From contig QPMI01000298.1 in assembly GCA_004431415.1 (NCBI GenBank), positions 10,358 to 74,357 of the forward strand: 64,000 nucleotides of DNA. Direction: 5' to 3'. Origin of the DNA: Cyanophora paradoxa CCMP329 (lineage: Eukaryota; Plantae; Glaucophyta). The stretch's first letter is position 1. Each line of letters opens with the position of its first letter. A program made the position numbers and the translations under genes. Positions 10,558 to 24,084 of the stretch are shown here, piece after piece. The notes below the pieces were generated by a model. That model had not been told where the DNA came from and made no database searches. It worked only from the letters and a program-made list of their open reading frames with translations.

Positions 10558-12770
10558 GATCGAGACGGATCCGCAGCAGCGCCCCCGATCGCCCCCGCTG
10601 ACCGTGTGTCGAAGCTCATGATCATCCCATGGCCAGCCCCCCTTTGTCCGTTGTTTCTCCGATCACTGCCTCGAGCTCATGATCGTGCATACGAAGCGAC
10701 ACTCGATGTCAGCTATAGCTCGCTTGCTTTCAACTGGCTAGCTATGCCGGGGCTCATATCGATCATGATCATGTGAAGCTGAGCATGAAGCCCGCGGCCG
10801 CCTTCGAGATATCCATATCCGATGATCTGCCGTGACATGTACAGTGATCGGTATAGCCTAGTTGGGGAAGGGAAAATCACTTCCCCTGTCCCTGTCCCTC
10901 GGGCCCAACCCTACCCCAAATCCCATTTCCCCGACCTCCTCAAAACCCGGGCCGCGCGGTACACCCTGAAAGCCCATCCCCAGGGGACCCCGAAACCGTG
11001 TCTCCCGGTCCCGTCCGACCAAAGGGTGATCCAGGAACAGGCACCAACACCCGGGACAAAAAGGGGTCCAGCGAGGCACATGGAGCAGATATACAGGCCG
11101 GGCCAGTTCGAGGTCAATGCTTGCATTATGCCCGACATTCCGTACTGCAAGAGCGAGGCCGGCGCGAGCGCGGTCGCGTAGGAGGACGCCGCGCGTGCTA
11201 GCCAATCGCATTGGAGAGTGCGAACTTACCCTGCGAAACCTCTTAAGGTACCCCCCGGCCGCATTCTCCCCCGGGCGCCACAGCTCGGCTTGGCTCAACA
11301 ATGGTTACGCCTCTCGCGCGCGCGGCAGCTTGCTGTGGCTCAGCGGCTAGCCGCGCCAGCCGCGCACGCTTCACCCGCGCCAACCGCGACCCGACGCAAT
11401 TGCACAAGCCGGCCGCAAGCCGCCCGCACTTGGCCGGCTATGCCACTTGCAACAAGCCGACGCCCGCGCGGCGCGCGGAGCCCCCCCGCGCGCGCGATGC
11501 GCATGCCTGCTGCAGCCGGCGCCGCTGATCATGAGCTGGCCCGCTGCGCCGCTTTTTGATCATGAGCGGAACGTGAGCTTGAGCAGCGTCCCCGCGCCCG
11601 CGCCCAGATCTCGCGGAGGCCTAGGCCAGCCCCTAGCTATATAGCAACGCCGTGACGCACGTGCACCCGCAGCACATGCGCACTCGTGCACCCGCCACGC
11701 CTCACGCGCGCGAAGGCCGCGGGGCATGCGCAGCCTGGCAGGAGCTCGAGCACGTCCATATGCATGGCCAGACAAGGTTCCCTCCCTCTTCCCAAGGCCC
11801 GCGCCTTACATAGCTATAGCTAGCTCGCTAGGCCCTGATCATGAAGCCTTCCTTTAAGAGGACAGCTCGCCTCGATCGCGAGGACAGCCGCTGAGCTCGC
11901 CTGGCGTGGCCAGCCTCGGCCGGAGCCGCCCCGGCGCCGCGGCGGCTCGCCGGCGCCCGGCCACGTGCACCGCGCGCGCGCCTTCTTAAGCTTAAGCGCT
12001 AACTTAAGTCCCTGCAGCTCCCCTCTGCATCTAGATCTTGGATTCGCCGAGGTTAAATGCCCTTCCCCGGACCCAACTGACGCGCACGGCAAGTCAGTGG
12101 CCCTTTATAGGTAACCGACGATGATCGTCGGGCGGCGACTCGCGATCGGCGATCCAACTTGGCAATGATCGCCGAGCCTTGGATGACTGGGCCAGGCTCC
12201 GAGGCTCAGCGGCTGAATGCATGATCATCGCCATGGCCAACTGGCAAGCCTCCGAGGGCTCGGACTCTGGGAGTCGGATGCCATGATGTCCAAGAATTCG
12301 AAGCGGCCCGGGCCCGGGGGACGCCGTGACGAGGGCGGACTCCGGGAGCCCCCTAGCTGGGCCCTTTCTCTTAAGTGGCAGGCCTGCAGCTGAGGCTCTC
12401 CGAGGCTCAAGAGTCCGACGGTCTGTCGACGTCATTTGCCAAAACTACTCCTTGGAGACACACATCATGGCATGAACACGTGCTAGACGGCGCCAAAAAT
12501 CAGACAGCGTGCTACGTGCTGCGGGTGGATGCGGTGGGCGGCCCGAGGGTGGGAGAATGGTGGCGTCAGGGGTCCACGGTCATCGCTGCGGAACGCGGGC
12601 AGCCGCCGGCCGGCGCCATCCGAAGAACGCGGCGGGGCTCGAATCTGGAGCGGCCGGGGCGGGAGAAAATGAGGGCGGGCGGGGCGTTGATCCGGTGCGG
12701 GTGCGGGTGGGAGCATGCGCAGGGCCCCAAAAACAGGCCGGGGGAGGGAGGGGGACGGGAGCGGGGCGGG

Positions 12771-15700
12771 TCAGGGGCGGGGGGGGCCGGGGGCGGGGCC
12801 CGGGCGGCAGGCCTCGTTGACGTAGAAGAAGATGTAGCCGGCGGCCTGGCGGCGCTCCCCGAAGACCTCCGCCGCCGCCACCTCCCGCACGCTCGCGTCG
12901 TTCAGGTTCAGCCACCGCCCGCTCGCCCCGTCGTGCACGTCGCACTGGCGCACGGCGGGGCGTGAGGCGGGGGGGCGGGGCGGGGCGGGGTGGGGGCGGA
13001 CGATGTAGTGTCCGGCGGCGGCGCTGGAGCCGACGTGGGAGATGATGCTGTGCAGGCGGTAGCGCGTCTCCAGCGGGCCCGCCGCCCCCGCGCCCCCCGC
13101 CTCCTCCTCCAGCACCGCCTCCAGCGACTCCGGCAGCGCCCCCCCCGCCCCCGCCTCCTCCTTGCCCCCCCGCCGCGCCGGCCCCGGCGGCGTCCGCTCC
13201 TCCTCGCGGGCCCGCGCCGGTCCGCCTTGCGCCGCCCCCTCCTGCAGCGAGAGGCGGATCGCCCGCCGCAGCTCCTCGTCCTGCCCCGCGCCGCCGCGTC
13301 ACGCTCCGGGGCGGCGGGGCGGGGGCGGGGCGGGGGCCGGCACCTCCTCGGCTTCGTTGTTCTGGGGCGCCGCCTCGGCGAGGCTCAGCTCGATGGCCTT
13401 GCGCAGGTCCACGTCCTCGTCCTCGCTGCGCGCCGGCTCGCCCCGAGGCGCGCGCGCGTGCGGGCAGGGGGCGGGGGCGGGCGCACATGACGATGGCGGC
13501 GTCGGGGTCGCCGAGGGCGCCGGCCGCCGGGGAGGAGGAGCGGCCGGGGGCGGGGCCGGCGCCGGGGCGGGGGAGCCCTCGGGGCGCTCGAGGTCCACGA
13601 AGGACGGGGACGGGGCGCCCGCCGAGCTCGAGTTGGGCGGAGTCCGCTCCCCAACCGACCCCGCCCCGCCCTCCTGCGCCGCGAAGCTCGCCGACGCCCG
13701 CGCCCGGCCCCGCAGCGCCGGCGCGCCCTCCGTCCACCCCTCCTCGCACGCGAAGCCTGCCGGAGGTTCGGAGGCGGTGCGGGGGGAGGGGCGGTGCGCG
13801 CACCAAGGTCCAGGGTGGCGTCGATCTCGACGGGGTCGGCGCGCTTGTCGTGCGAGCGGCGCGAGAGGACGAACTTGAAGCGCTTGAGGTGCAGCACGAG
13901 CACGCGCGGCAGGCGCCGGAGCCGGTGCTCCACGCGCGCCGACCTGTGCCCGCACGCCTCGCACGTCCGCTCCACCCCGCCCTCCGCCTGCCCGGAGCCG
14001 CCCCCCGTCAGCCCGGCCGCTGGCGGCGAAGGAGGCGGGGGCGGGCCGCGCACGGCGAAGAAGCGGCGGAGGAGGGAGGAGAGGGAGGGCCGGGCGGGGG
14101 CGAGGGCCGACGAGGCGGGGGCGGAGGAGGAGGAGGAGGAGGAGGAGGAGGGGGAGGGGGAGGGGGCGGGGGCCTCGGGGATGTCGAGGGAGAAGTCGCG
14201 GTAGAGCTCGGCGAGGGAGGCGCGCGCGCCGCACGCCCCCGCCTCGCACTCGAACCCGTGCGACACCTCGCACTCAAAGTTCACCCGCGTCGGGCACCGC
14301 GCCGACCGCTGCGGCTCCCGCCCGTCCGCCCCGCTGACGGCGGCCTCGGGGCCCTCCGGGGAGGGGGCGCGGGGCCTGGGGCCGGCCTCCTCGTCGAAGG
14401 GGGCGGCCTCGGAGTGGAGCTGCTCGAGGAGGACGGCGAGGAACTCGTGCGCGTCCTGCTGCGCGTTGCCCCGGAACCGCTCCAGCTGCCCCGCGATCGC
14501 CGCCTTCAGCTCCCGCGCCGAGATCGTCCGCCGCTCCCCCTGCTGCACCTGCCCGCCCCGCCTCTCACGCCCCCGCGCGCGGCCGCCGGGGGGCGGGGCG
14601 GGGGCGCGTGCCTGGGCGAGGATGCAGAGGAAGGCGCGGTAGGCGCCGGGGGAGGCGGCGGCGCGCTTGGCGAGGGGCCGCGAGAGGAGCGACTGGACGA
14701 AGGGCGCGAGGCTCGTCAGGCACTGCAGCGTCGCGTTGATGTAGCACGTGTTCCTGCGCCCCCCCCGCGTCACGCCCCGCCCCCGCGCCCCGCGCCCCGC
14801 CCCGCGCCCCCCGTCCCCTGCTTGCCCTCGCCCCGCACGCACCCCAGGTTCTCAAAGCTGCGAGGTGGGTGGGCGGGCCGTGAGCGGGGCGGCGGGGCCC
14901 CGGGGAGGGGGGAGGGGCGCGGGGGGTACCCCTTGCGGATGGAGGCGCGGGTGGCGACGCCGGAGCCGAAGGAGGAGGCGCCGCCCTCGCTGCCGCCCGG
15001 GCTCGCGCGCCGCGGCGCCCCCGGGGCCGGGGCGGGGCGCGCGCACGGGGAGACGGAGGAGCGCTTGCGGTCCCAGGCGCCCCCGCCCACGCGCGTCTCA
15101 CGCTTCGAGTAGAAGTTGCCGGGCGGGATCGCCCCCGCGCTCCCCCTGCTCCCGCGTCAGAGACTGCCACGGCGCGTCTCAGGCGAAAGGGGCGCGGTGG
15201 GCGCGCCACTGCTCGGGCGAGTCCGGGTCCTCGATGTCGTCGTCGAGCGGGTCGCTCGCACGCCCCGCCGGTGCCTTTGCCGCCGATGCCTTCGCCGTCG
15301 CCCGCCTGATTTCTTCAGCTCGCCGCTCTTTCTGCTTCATCTCTTCCTCCTTCTGCCGCTTCTCCTCGGCCGCCCGGAGCACCTTCGCCCCGTAGCTGCC
15401 CCCCGTGACGGCCGACACCCTCTGCTGCGGCGGCGCGTCTGCCGTCCCCCTCAGGTGGCAGCGGGGCACGGACGCACAGCAGTGCGCACCGTCTTCCTGC
15501 CCACGCTCCCGCAGCACAGCGCGAGCGCGATCGTCCATGAGCGACCTCACATTCTCCTTCCCCACTCGCCCCCGCCCAGCCGGAGGACGGTACGGAGGCT
15601 GCTGCGGCTGGGTGACTCGCGGCTTCTTGGAAGCATCTTGCGTGGCCGCGGGCGTGGCCGGCACGGAACGCTTCTCTTGCAGGACACCTGAGCGCCCAGA

Positions 15701-16114
15701 AAACTCAATGCCATGGCTTCGCACGCGAGGCCAGAGAAGCAGACCGGTCATGACGAAGTTGTCGATGCGGAGGACGCTTGCGAGCGCAACGATAAACTGT
15801 TGTAACTCCTTGGTATTGGCTTGCTCGATGAGGATGTTGCTCCAATTCAGATTCGCGGCGTTCTTTTCGAGAGCGGTGAACGTGCAACTGCCGTCTGCAG
15901 TGTTGTAGCTCACAATTTTGGAGGCCGACGGGAGCTTCCACGAGCTTCCTGTGCCGTCCTCTAACTTGATTTCGACAAATCCGCGGGGTCCAGTCCCTTC
16001 TCTCCTGATCAAGTCGATCGATGCGCGCTTCGCTGTGACACTTTTGGAGGTTGGAAGGCGCAAGGCTTGGCTTATGGTGACCCTCGCGGCGAGTGTGGCG
16101 ACCTTCTCAGGCAT
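12771..16114 (-). CDS. Ubiquitin-specific protease, USP37/26/29-like (N-terminal PH-like domain, UIMs)
   Basis: Cys box FENLG/NTCYINATLQ; QQDAHEFL; LPRVLVLHLKRF; UIM-like DLRKAIELSL and ELRRAIRLSL; His box HVGSSAAAGHYI; WLNLND; GYIFFY. Confidence 0.9.
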
Positions 16115-16771
16115 TCAGATCAGGCATGACCTGCGTATGCATACGCGTATTAGAGACGGCAAGCGAATGCGGTACCGCATCAGGGCGCGGGCAAGTGTCT
16201 GAAATGCAAGTTTGAACTTTCAAAGGTGCAGGTTCGGCGATGGCACGAGGCCAACGATGCACAATATCGCTGAAGTGCGCGCTAGCGCTCGTCTCCCGAC
16301 CCGCCTGAGGCGGCGCACCTGAAGGATACGCGATGAGAACGCACGCCTGCCGGGTCGATGATGCCGTAAGGCCCTCTGAGTCGACCGAAAGCCCAAGAGG
16401 TTGTTTGAGCTCGCTGAGAGCAGCCGGCCGGCCGCCTAATTCAATTTGCTTGCCGCGCGCAGGGGTACACATATCCAAAGGCATCCGCCCTCGGGCACGC
16501 AGCTTCCTTTTGGAGGCCCTCTCCCTCTCTAGAGAGCTTTGGAGGCCATGGAGGGGGAGAGCTGCAGGTCATTGCAAGAAAACGCGGGTGGCAAGCACGG
16601 GAACCGGCTGAAGGTTTGCGCATAGCGACACAGCGACACTGCCGCGACAGCCATCTGAACCGATTGTGCAGACTTTGCGGTCCCTGTCCTTGAGGCTCAA
16701 CCAGAGCTCCCAAAGTTTCGGTGCGTGTCAAACCAGGCAGCCGGCTCTGGCTGCGCCGCCTGCAACGCCCC

Positions 16772-17358
16772 ATGAGCTCTAGGGCATGCGTTGCTGCCCA
16801 AGTTCCGCCAGTGTGTCCGCCACCGCCGCCCACGCTCCGGGTCCTCATCCGCCGCCCTTTTAGATCTGCACAGCACGCGCAAGGCAACCACGGCCGGTTG
16901 CTAGAGGCGGATGCGAGATTAGAGATCCGACCGGCGGCCCTCCCGCGGCCGTTTCATTATCTCGGGCCTCTGAGTCGTGCCGGCGCTGACTGGGAAGGCA
17001 GGGAACCCTTGGATCAGCCAGGACCCGACCGACAAGATCAAGAATCTAATCGAGCTTTCCACGGGCACGCCCAGGGATGCCAAGAAGCTGTCCATCATGC
17101 AGGCCCGCCGCGCCTCCGCGCACGTATCGCCGCTGGTTCCGGCCTCACGCGGCCCGGCCCGCAGACCGGCATCGCCATCCCCGCCGAGCTGGAGATGAGC
17201 GCGAACCCCTTCCCCTCCGGTGCGGTCCCCGGCGCGCGGGGCTCGTCGCGGGCCGACGGGGCGCAGTGGCGCCGGACGCGCCGGTGGAGGCCATTACCAA
17301 CTCACCCATCGACGACGTGCTCTCCTCGGCGCTCGCCTCCGCCGAAGTCTCCAGCTGA
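16772..17358 (+). CDS. Small hypothetical protein, multi-exon (start uncertain)
   Basis: Spliceable exons NPWISQDPTDKIKNLIELST.../TGIAIPAELEMS.../VAPDAPVEAITNSPIDDVLSSAL..., TGA at 17356-17358. Confidence 0.45.
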
Positions 17359-17543
17359 GGGCCCCGCGCCCTCCGCACGGCCCCTGCCCCGCAGCCGCCA
17401 GGCCCCTCGACAGTTCTTTCCGCCCCCGCGGGCCCCCGGCCCGCTTCCCTCTCTGTATTCGCACTTCCGTTCCGTATTCTTGTGTATAGCTAGTAGAGAT
17501 CAGTCGGCAGGAGGGTCGGGGGCGGCGAGCGGGTTGCGGGGGG

Positions 17544-18714
17544 TCAGTAGGTCTTGAGGACGTCGCCGGTGGCGCGCTGGGGCGCGGGGGGGACGGCGAC
17601 GGCGTAGGCGGCGTGCTCCTCGAAGAGGAACGCGTGCAGCTCGCGCATGCTGCCCTGCGCCCCCGCCCGCCCCGCTCGAGCCCCCCGAGGCGCCCCCTCC
17701 GGCCGGCCGGCCTCGGGCCGGGAGGGCGCACGATGCGAGCCGCGTTCGCCCGGACGGAGAGCAGGCTCGCCGCCTCGCGCTCTGCGTGCGGGGCCCCTCG
17801 GCCGGGCCGGAGGCGCGGGGCGGGGCGGGGGCGGGGCGGACGGCGGCGGGGGGCGAGGAGGGCGTCGAGGCCGGCGTCGGAGACGGGGAGGAAGGCGAGC
17901 TCGTAGGGGGCCTGCGCCGGCGACGGCGCCAGCGCCAGCACCCACTCGAAGATCGCCCGCGTCCTGCAAGCCCCGCCTCCGCCCCACCAGCTGCAGCCCG
18001 GGCGTTCCGGCGGGAGCGCACCGCGCCATGTGGAACTCGCTTGTCACGATCTGGGGCGGGGTGAGCGGGGCGGGGCGGGGCGGGGCGGGGGCCGGGGGCG
18101 CGCGAGGAGGCGGCGGAGGGCGCGGGGCTCGAGGTGCATGACGCGCGCGAAGTACGCGTTCCCGATCGTGTCGTACGACGCGCACTCCGTCAGCACGCGC
18201 CGCGCGGGGAACCCTGCCCCGCCCGCCTCTCAGATCGACATCAAAAGCTGGGGGACCTCAGCGGCGCGGCGGGCGTGGCGCGCCGCGGCGAGTGAGGTAG
18301 CGGGCGGCGGCGACGGACTCGAAGACGGGAAAGCCGCTCTCGTCCAGCAGCGGCGGCAGGTGCGTCGTCCTGCGCCGCGCGCCGCCCCGCCGCGGCGTTA
18401 GCCGTGTAGCGACAGCGCGCGCGCGCGAGCAAGAGGCTGGCAGCGCGCGCCCTGCAGACAGAGTGATGATGAACTCGTCGCTAGCGCTGCGAGTGAAGTC
18501 GGGGCCGCCGTGCGCGCGCGCGACCTCCAGCGCCGCGTCCAGCCGCCGCCTCACCCACTCTGGCGGCTCGCCTGCGGCCGTTCACGGCGCGAAGAGCTGG
18601 ATCCCGCATGCAACGCGTACCGGTCTCACGGTCGATGCCGCCGCCGGGGACGACGATGGCGTCGTACGGCGCCGCGCCCTGGGCCGCTGCTAGGTCCAAG
18701 GTGCACGCCTCCAT
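17544..18714 (-). CDS. DUF218 / YdcF-family protein
   Basis: YDAIVVPGGG; RLDAA; ITLSAGTTH; ESVAAARYL; ECASYDTIGNAYF; IVTSEFHMARTRAIF. Confidence 0.85.
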
Positions 18715-19009
18715 GCCGCGTCCCTCTCAATGTTGCCTCGCCGGGGCTGAACGGCCCAACCCACGCCCGGCCTTGAATCGAATCCCGGCGGGGCCGCTTC
18801 GCAGCCGCGCTGCCGCGCAGTGCAACAGCTCCTGGCCAGCCCTGCTAGCTACCCGAGCGCGCATCGACGCGATAGAGCGCTCTAGACCATTGTAGCGTGG
18901 GATCGACGTGCGCCTAGATTAGCTCGCCGTCTGAGTCCGGGACGCCGTCCCGGCGGCGATGGTCCTGGGGCGTCCGGCGTTGCTGAGGCAATAACAGTAC
19001 GAGTGCTAG

Positions 19010-22000
19010 ATGCAAGTACTAGTGCACGTCGACGAGAAGGACGACAGGGGCCGCTTCTCGCGGAGCCTGCTGCCCCGCCTCCCGCTGGACACGCTGCCGC
19101 CCTCGCCGCCCAAGCGCCCGCGGCCGAGCCGGCCGCCCTCGTCGCGGAGGAAGTCGCTGGAGATAGCGGACAGCGCTGCGCGCTTTGCGGCGAAGAAGAA
19201 CGACCCGGCGCGCTCGAGCTCGCCGCCGCACCCCGCGTGGCCGTCCGCCCGCGCTGTCGGACCCACCGTTGCCGCGCTAGTCGACGGCCGCCTCCCGTCT
19301 GTTGCCCCGGACCTCTCGCCCGGCCGCGCCGCGCCTCGATTGACGCCCCCGCAGGGGCCGCTCGGCGCATGGCACCCTCACAGGCGCGAGCGCCACCCCG
19401 GGGCGCCGCCGCCGCTGACCCTGCACGCAGCGTCGGCGCCGGCGAGCCTGCACTCGACGGCGCGGCTGCGGTACCCGCGGGACGAGTCGCCTGATCACGG
19501 GGCCTCCCGCGCGGCGCTCGGCTCGCTCGCGGCCACGGTGCGCGCCACCGCGCGCCGGCGCGCGCTGCGGGGCCCGGGGAGCGGGGCCGAGGGGGCGGGG
19601 GCCAGGGTGTGGGGGAGGGGAGGGAGGAGCGGGAGTCGATCGCGCGGATCGAGGCGATGCTGCAACGCGAGCTCGCCGGCCTCAACGAGCACCGCTCCGC
19701 CGGGCCCTCCGCCCCCCGCCTTTCGGTCTTTCGCAAAGCCTTCGGTCCCCGCCCCGCCCCGCCCCGCCCCGGAAAGGCCGCGCCGGCGACACCGGGGCTG
19801 GCAGAGGGGGTGATCGGGCAGTTCCGGTTCGTGGGGCCCACGCTCGCCGCTATCAAGGCCGAGTACGACGCGTGCGCCCCGCGGCAGCCCCCGCGCGCCC
19901 CCCGCGCCCCGCCCCGCCGCCCTCACGTCCCCGCAGCTACCTCGCCGCCCTCGAGGCCGAGAAGGGCCGCCTGTGCGCCCCGCCGGGCCCCGCGCGCGCT
20001 CCCGGCGGGCGTCGGGGGCCGAGGGGCGGGCCCCGGGCAGGCTCTCGCTGGGGGCGCGGGAGGCGGTGGCCAAGTACAGCGCCGAGCTGGAGCGCCTGCG
20101 CGCCGAGCACCGCCGCGAGGCCGCCGAGCTCCGGTCCGCCCCCGCCCCGCCCCCCGCCCCTCTTCGCCCCTCCTCGCCCACGCAGCTGGCGCAGCGCGGC
20201 GCTCAAGGCGGCGCGCGAGTCGGAGGCGGAGGCGCGCCGCCGCTGCGACGAGGCCGAGGCCGCCGGTGCGCCCCGCGGGGCATGGGGCCGGCGCGGGGCG
20301 CGGGGGCGCGAGGTGGGCGGGGCGGCAGCGGAGGAGCGGCTCGGGGAGGCTCAGCGGGCGGAGGCGAACTGGCGGGAATGGAGGCAGGCGAACGGGGCGC
20401 TGGTGTCGATGGTGGGCCACTACGAGCGCATGTTCGAGGAGGCCGAGGCCAGCCGCATCAAGGAGGCCAAGGAGGCCGAGGCCGCCTTCCGGCCCGCCCC
20501 TCCGCGCCCCGCCGCCCGCCCCCCGCAGCTGACGGGGCGGGCGGGGCGGGGGGCAGGCTGGCGGCGGAGTCGCAGGCGCACGTGCGGACGCTGCTCGAGG
20601 AGATCGAGCGCATCAAGGCGCGCGGGGCCGGGCGGCTGGGGGGAGGCGGGAGCTGACGGGGGGGCAGCACATGATGGAGGCCGCGGGGAAGGAGGTGCGC
20701 GCGCAGGCGAAGGAGGAGAACAAGCGCGAGATCCAGCGCCTCCACCGCCTCATCGGCACCGTCCGCCCCCCGCGCCCGCCGCCGAGGGCGGCGCGGGGGG
20801 GCCTGAGGGGCGGGGCGCGGGCAGACGAAGCTGCAGCTGCGGGCGGTGGAGACGCAGTACGACGAGCTTGTGCTGGAGCACCGGGAGACGGTGGAGCAGG
20901 TGGAGGCGCTGGCCTCGACGCTGCGCGAGGGGGCCCTCCCCGTGGGCGCCGAGGGCCCCGAGCTCGCCGCCCGCCTCGGGCCCCTCCAGGCCGCCCTCGG
21001 CGGCATCCGCGGCCGCCTCACCCCCCGCCCCGACTGGGGCGCCGTCAAGGCCCGCGCCCCCGCCCTCGAGCTCGGCGGCGACCCGCCCAAGCCGACGGCC
21101 GCGCTCCTCTCCGACCTGCTCTACCTGCTCGAGAAGGCGGAGACGAAGGCGGCGCTGGCGGCGAGCGGGGCCGGGGAGGGCCCGGCGCTGGAGCCGGCGG
21201 AGGCGCGCGAGGAGGACGCGAGCCTCTCCGCCGCCAAGGACTACGTCGAGGGGCTCGGCACCGGCGCCACCGTCCCCCGCTACCTCCGGCGAGCCGCCCG
21301 GCCCCGGGGGAGACGGGCGGGGGCGGGGGCTGAGGGCGGGGGCAGGTGGGCGGGGAAGGTGCGCAACCGGAAGCTCTCGAAGCGGGACACGGAGGCCCTC
21401 GTCCGCGACTGCTGGAGCTCGGCGCGGCCCCCGCCCTGCCCCGCCCCCGCCCCCGCCCCTCCTGACCGCCCCCCAGAAGTTCGTGTACGACCGGTCGGTG
21501 CGGGCGGCGAAGGGCGCGCAGACCCCCATGGCCGACTACTTCTACATCTACCTCCAGAAGCGCTTCGGCATCCAGGCCATGGCGCGCCCCGCCCCGCCCC
21601 CTCGCGCCCCCCCTCTCATGTCCCTCCGCCCCGGGGCAGATCGCGGAGTACGGGTACAGCGTGGTGGACGCGCTGCAGCGCTACTCGTACGACGCCGACG
21701 TGGATCTCTTCCGCCGCGTCCTGGCGGGGGAGCTCTCGGAGGAGGTGTACGCGGACCAGCTAGATATGATGGAGCGCTTGCGTCAGATGTGCATCAAGCT
21801 GGACCGCAACCAGTCGGGGGGGAAGGAGACGGGGGTCGTCGCGAAGCGCACCCTGGTCGCATCGCTGCGCAAGTTCTTCCCCCTCAAGGCCGACCCCGAC
21901 TTCCGCGCCCTCCTCCGCGCCCTCGACGGCGAGCAGCCCGGCAACGAGGCGCCCGCCCCGCCCCGCCCCCCGCCCCGCCCTCGCGCTCACACAAGCTCTC

Positions 22001-22536
22001 TTCCCGAGAAGGTCGTGCACTACAAGCTCTTCCAGGAGGACCGGAACTACAACCAGGGCCCCTTCATGGAGCTGCTGCGGGCGCAGTACATCCGCGACGT
22101 GCAGGCGTACACCGCCGAGGTCGAGGCGGCGATCCTCGCCCTGCCGCGCGACGGGGAGGGCAAGGTGACCGTCGCCGCCCTCCGCGAGGCCATGTCCGCC
22201 CTCGACCCCGAGCGGCCCCCGAAGGCGCGCCCCCGGCGCGCCCCGCGTCGCCCGCCCTCCTGGCGCTGAGGGGCGGGGCGGGGCCAGAGCATGGACGAGG
22301 TGCTGGGGCGGGGCCTGGGCCCCGAGCTCGCCGACGTGGGGCTCCTCTACGCCGGCACCGCCGTCGACCCCGAGCGCTTCGTGCGCAACCTCCGCCAGGG
22401 CATCCTCAAGAAGGCCGTCCGCCTCGAGCCCCGCGCCCCCGCCCCCGACCCCAAGCCCGGCGGCGGCGCCCGCCCGCCCGCCAGCGGGCCCCTCGCCCCG
22501 CTCCCCGGCCAGGGCGACGAGCCCGACGACGAGTGA
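19010..22536 (+). CDS. Translin-associated factor X-interacting protein 1 (TSNAXIP1)-like
   Basis: RLSVFRKAFEGVI..FVGPTLAAIKAEYD; coiled coil; YVEGLGTGATVPRYLRWAGKVRNRKLSK; ADVDLFRRVLAGELSEEVY; LFQEDRNYNQGPF. Confidence 0.8.
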
Positions 22537-22748
22537 CGCGCGCGTTTCCCCCCGGCCCCCCTCCGGCTCCCCGCCTGCCACCCCGCCCCCTGCAACGATC
22601 AAGCGCGGCGAGCAGCTCGTCTGCGGCGCGGCCCGTGCCGGCGTCTTGCGGCCCGGCTGCGGCCGGCGTGGCGGGGCAAGTCCGTGTGCGCTAGGAGCTT
22701 CGTTGACGACACGAAGTGAGGGGATGGGCTCGCGGGGAGCGGTGCCCT

Positions 22749-23852
22749 TCAAGAGTTCATGGCGACCTCGAGCATGGACTGGAGCTGCGCGTGGGGCGCG
22801 GGGCGGGGCGGGCGCTCATGATGAGGGAGGGTGCGGCGGGGGCGGCGGGCGGGCCTCGGACCTCGCCGGACTGGAAGAGGTCGAGCATGATGTCGCAGCC
22901 GCCCACGAACTCCCCGTCGATGTACACCTGCGGGAACGTCGGCCAGCTCGAGTACCTGCCCGACCCGCGCCCCCTCAGCCTCCGCACCCCCGCCCCGCGC
23001 CCCACGAGACCGGCCGCCCCCCGCGCACTCCTTCATCCCCTGCCGCATGTCGGGGTCCGCCAGAATGTCTGCCGCCCGCCCCGTGAGTCACCCACAGGAC
23101 ATCACCTCCAGGCCCCTCCCGCGGCCGGCGCCGGCTCGACTGCCGCTCACCGCAGGTCTCGTAGGGGACGTTGCAGCGCTCGAGGATCTGGACCACTGCG
23201 CCGCCGCGAGCGTGGGCCGAGGCGCGGGGCGACCCGCGCTCGGCCCCCGCACCCGTGTTCGAGAAGCCGCACTGCGGCATGAGCCGGTTGCCCTTCACTG
23301 CGAGGCATGCCGGTTAACGAAGAACGACGCGGGGACTGGGATCAGAGGCGGCCGCGCACTGAAGAGAACGACCTGCGCGAGCGGCGGCAGTGGTCAGGAG
23401 GCCGTTTCGCAAGCTAGCGCACTCGGCGGCCCCGCTCGCATCGAGCGCGAAGCTCATACAGACCTTGTTGTTTTTGACCTGCGCGTGCGGGCGTATGAGA
23501 CGATGCGCGCCTGGGATATAATGCACAGAAGCTTCGCACCAGATCCTCAATCTGCTTCTCGAGCTCCGGCGTGATCTCTATGGGCACCAGTAAGTTCCGA
23601 GTGCAGATCAGAACGCCGCGTGCGCTGCGGCGGACCAGCCTTGATCTCCACCGGCCGGAAGGCGAACGCCTTCGCGGGAGCCGAACGGCGGGCGACGGCC
23701 GCGCCCACGAACTGGGAGCGGCTGGCCGTGAAAGCACGGGCGGCGTGGCGGCGGACGGCTGGGGCAGGGGCCGCAGAACTCCGCGCTGGCTGAGCGAGGA
23801 CGCTGCTCGGGCCACGGACGCCCACGGGAATAGCACACGCGAACGCCGCCAT
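22749..23852 (-). CDS. Monothiol CGFS glutaredoxin, plastid-targeted
   Basis: [18 protein letters not shown]; [22 protein letters not shown]; Ala/Ser/Arg-rich presequence starting MAAF. Confidence 0.92.
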
Positions 23853-24084
23853 GCTTCTATGATCGATTCTGTTGCCAACTTGCCCGTGCCGATACCCCTC
23901 GACGCATCTTTCAACTGCCTTGTCGACACCGTCACGCGCCCTCTGAGCCGTCATTCGTACTGTTCTGCACAGCCTGCTGCGTGTGGCCCTACAACCGAGC
24001 GCACTTCCCAAAAAGCAAGGTACGCGCCGAATCCTCCAGGGCCAAAGGCGATCGTCGCCGTCGTCTCAACCTTGCTGCGCAGTC

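Noticed and set aside
10822-11181. 119-aa ORF as a gene
   Set aside because: No recognisable domain, atypical codon use and no host-style introns.
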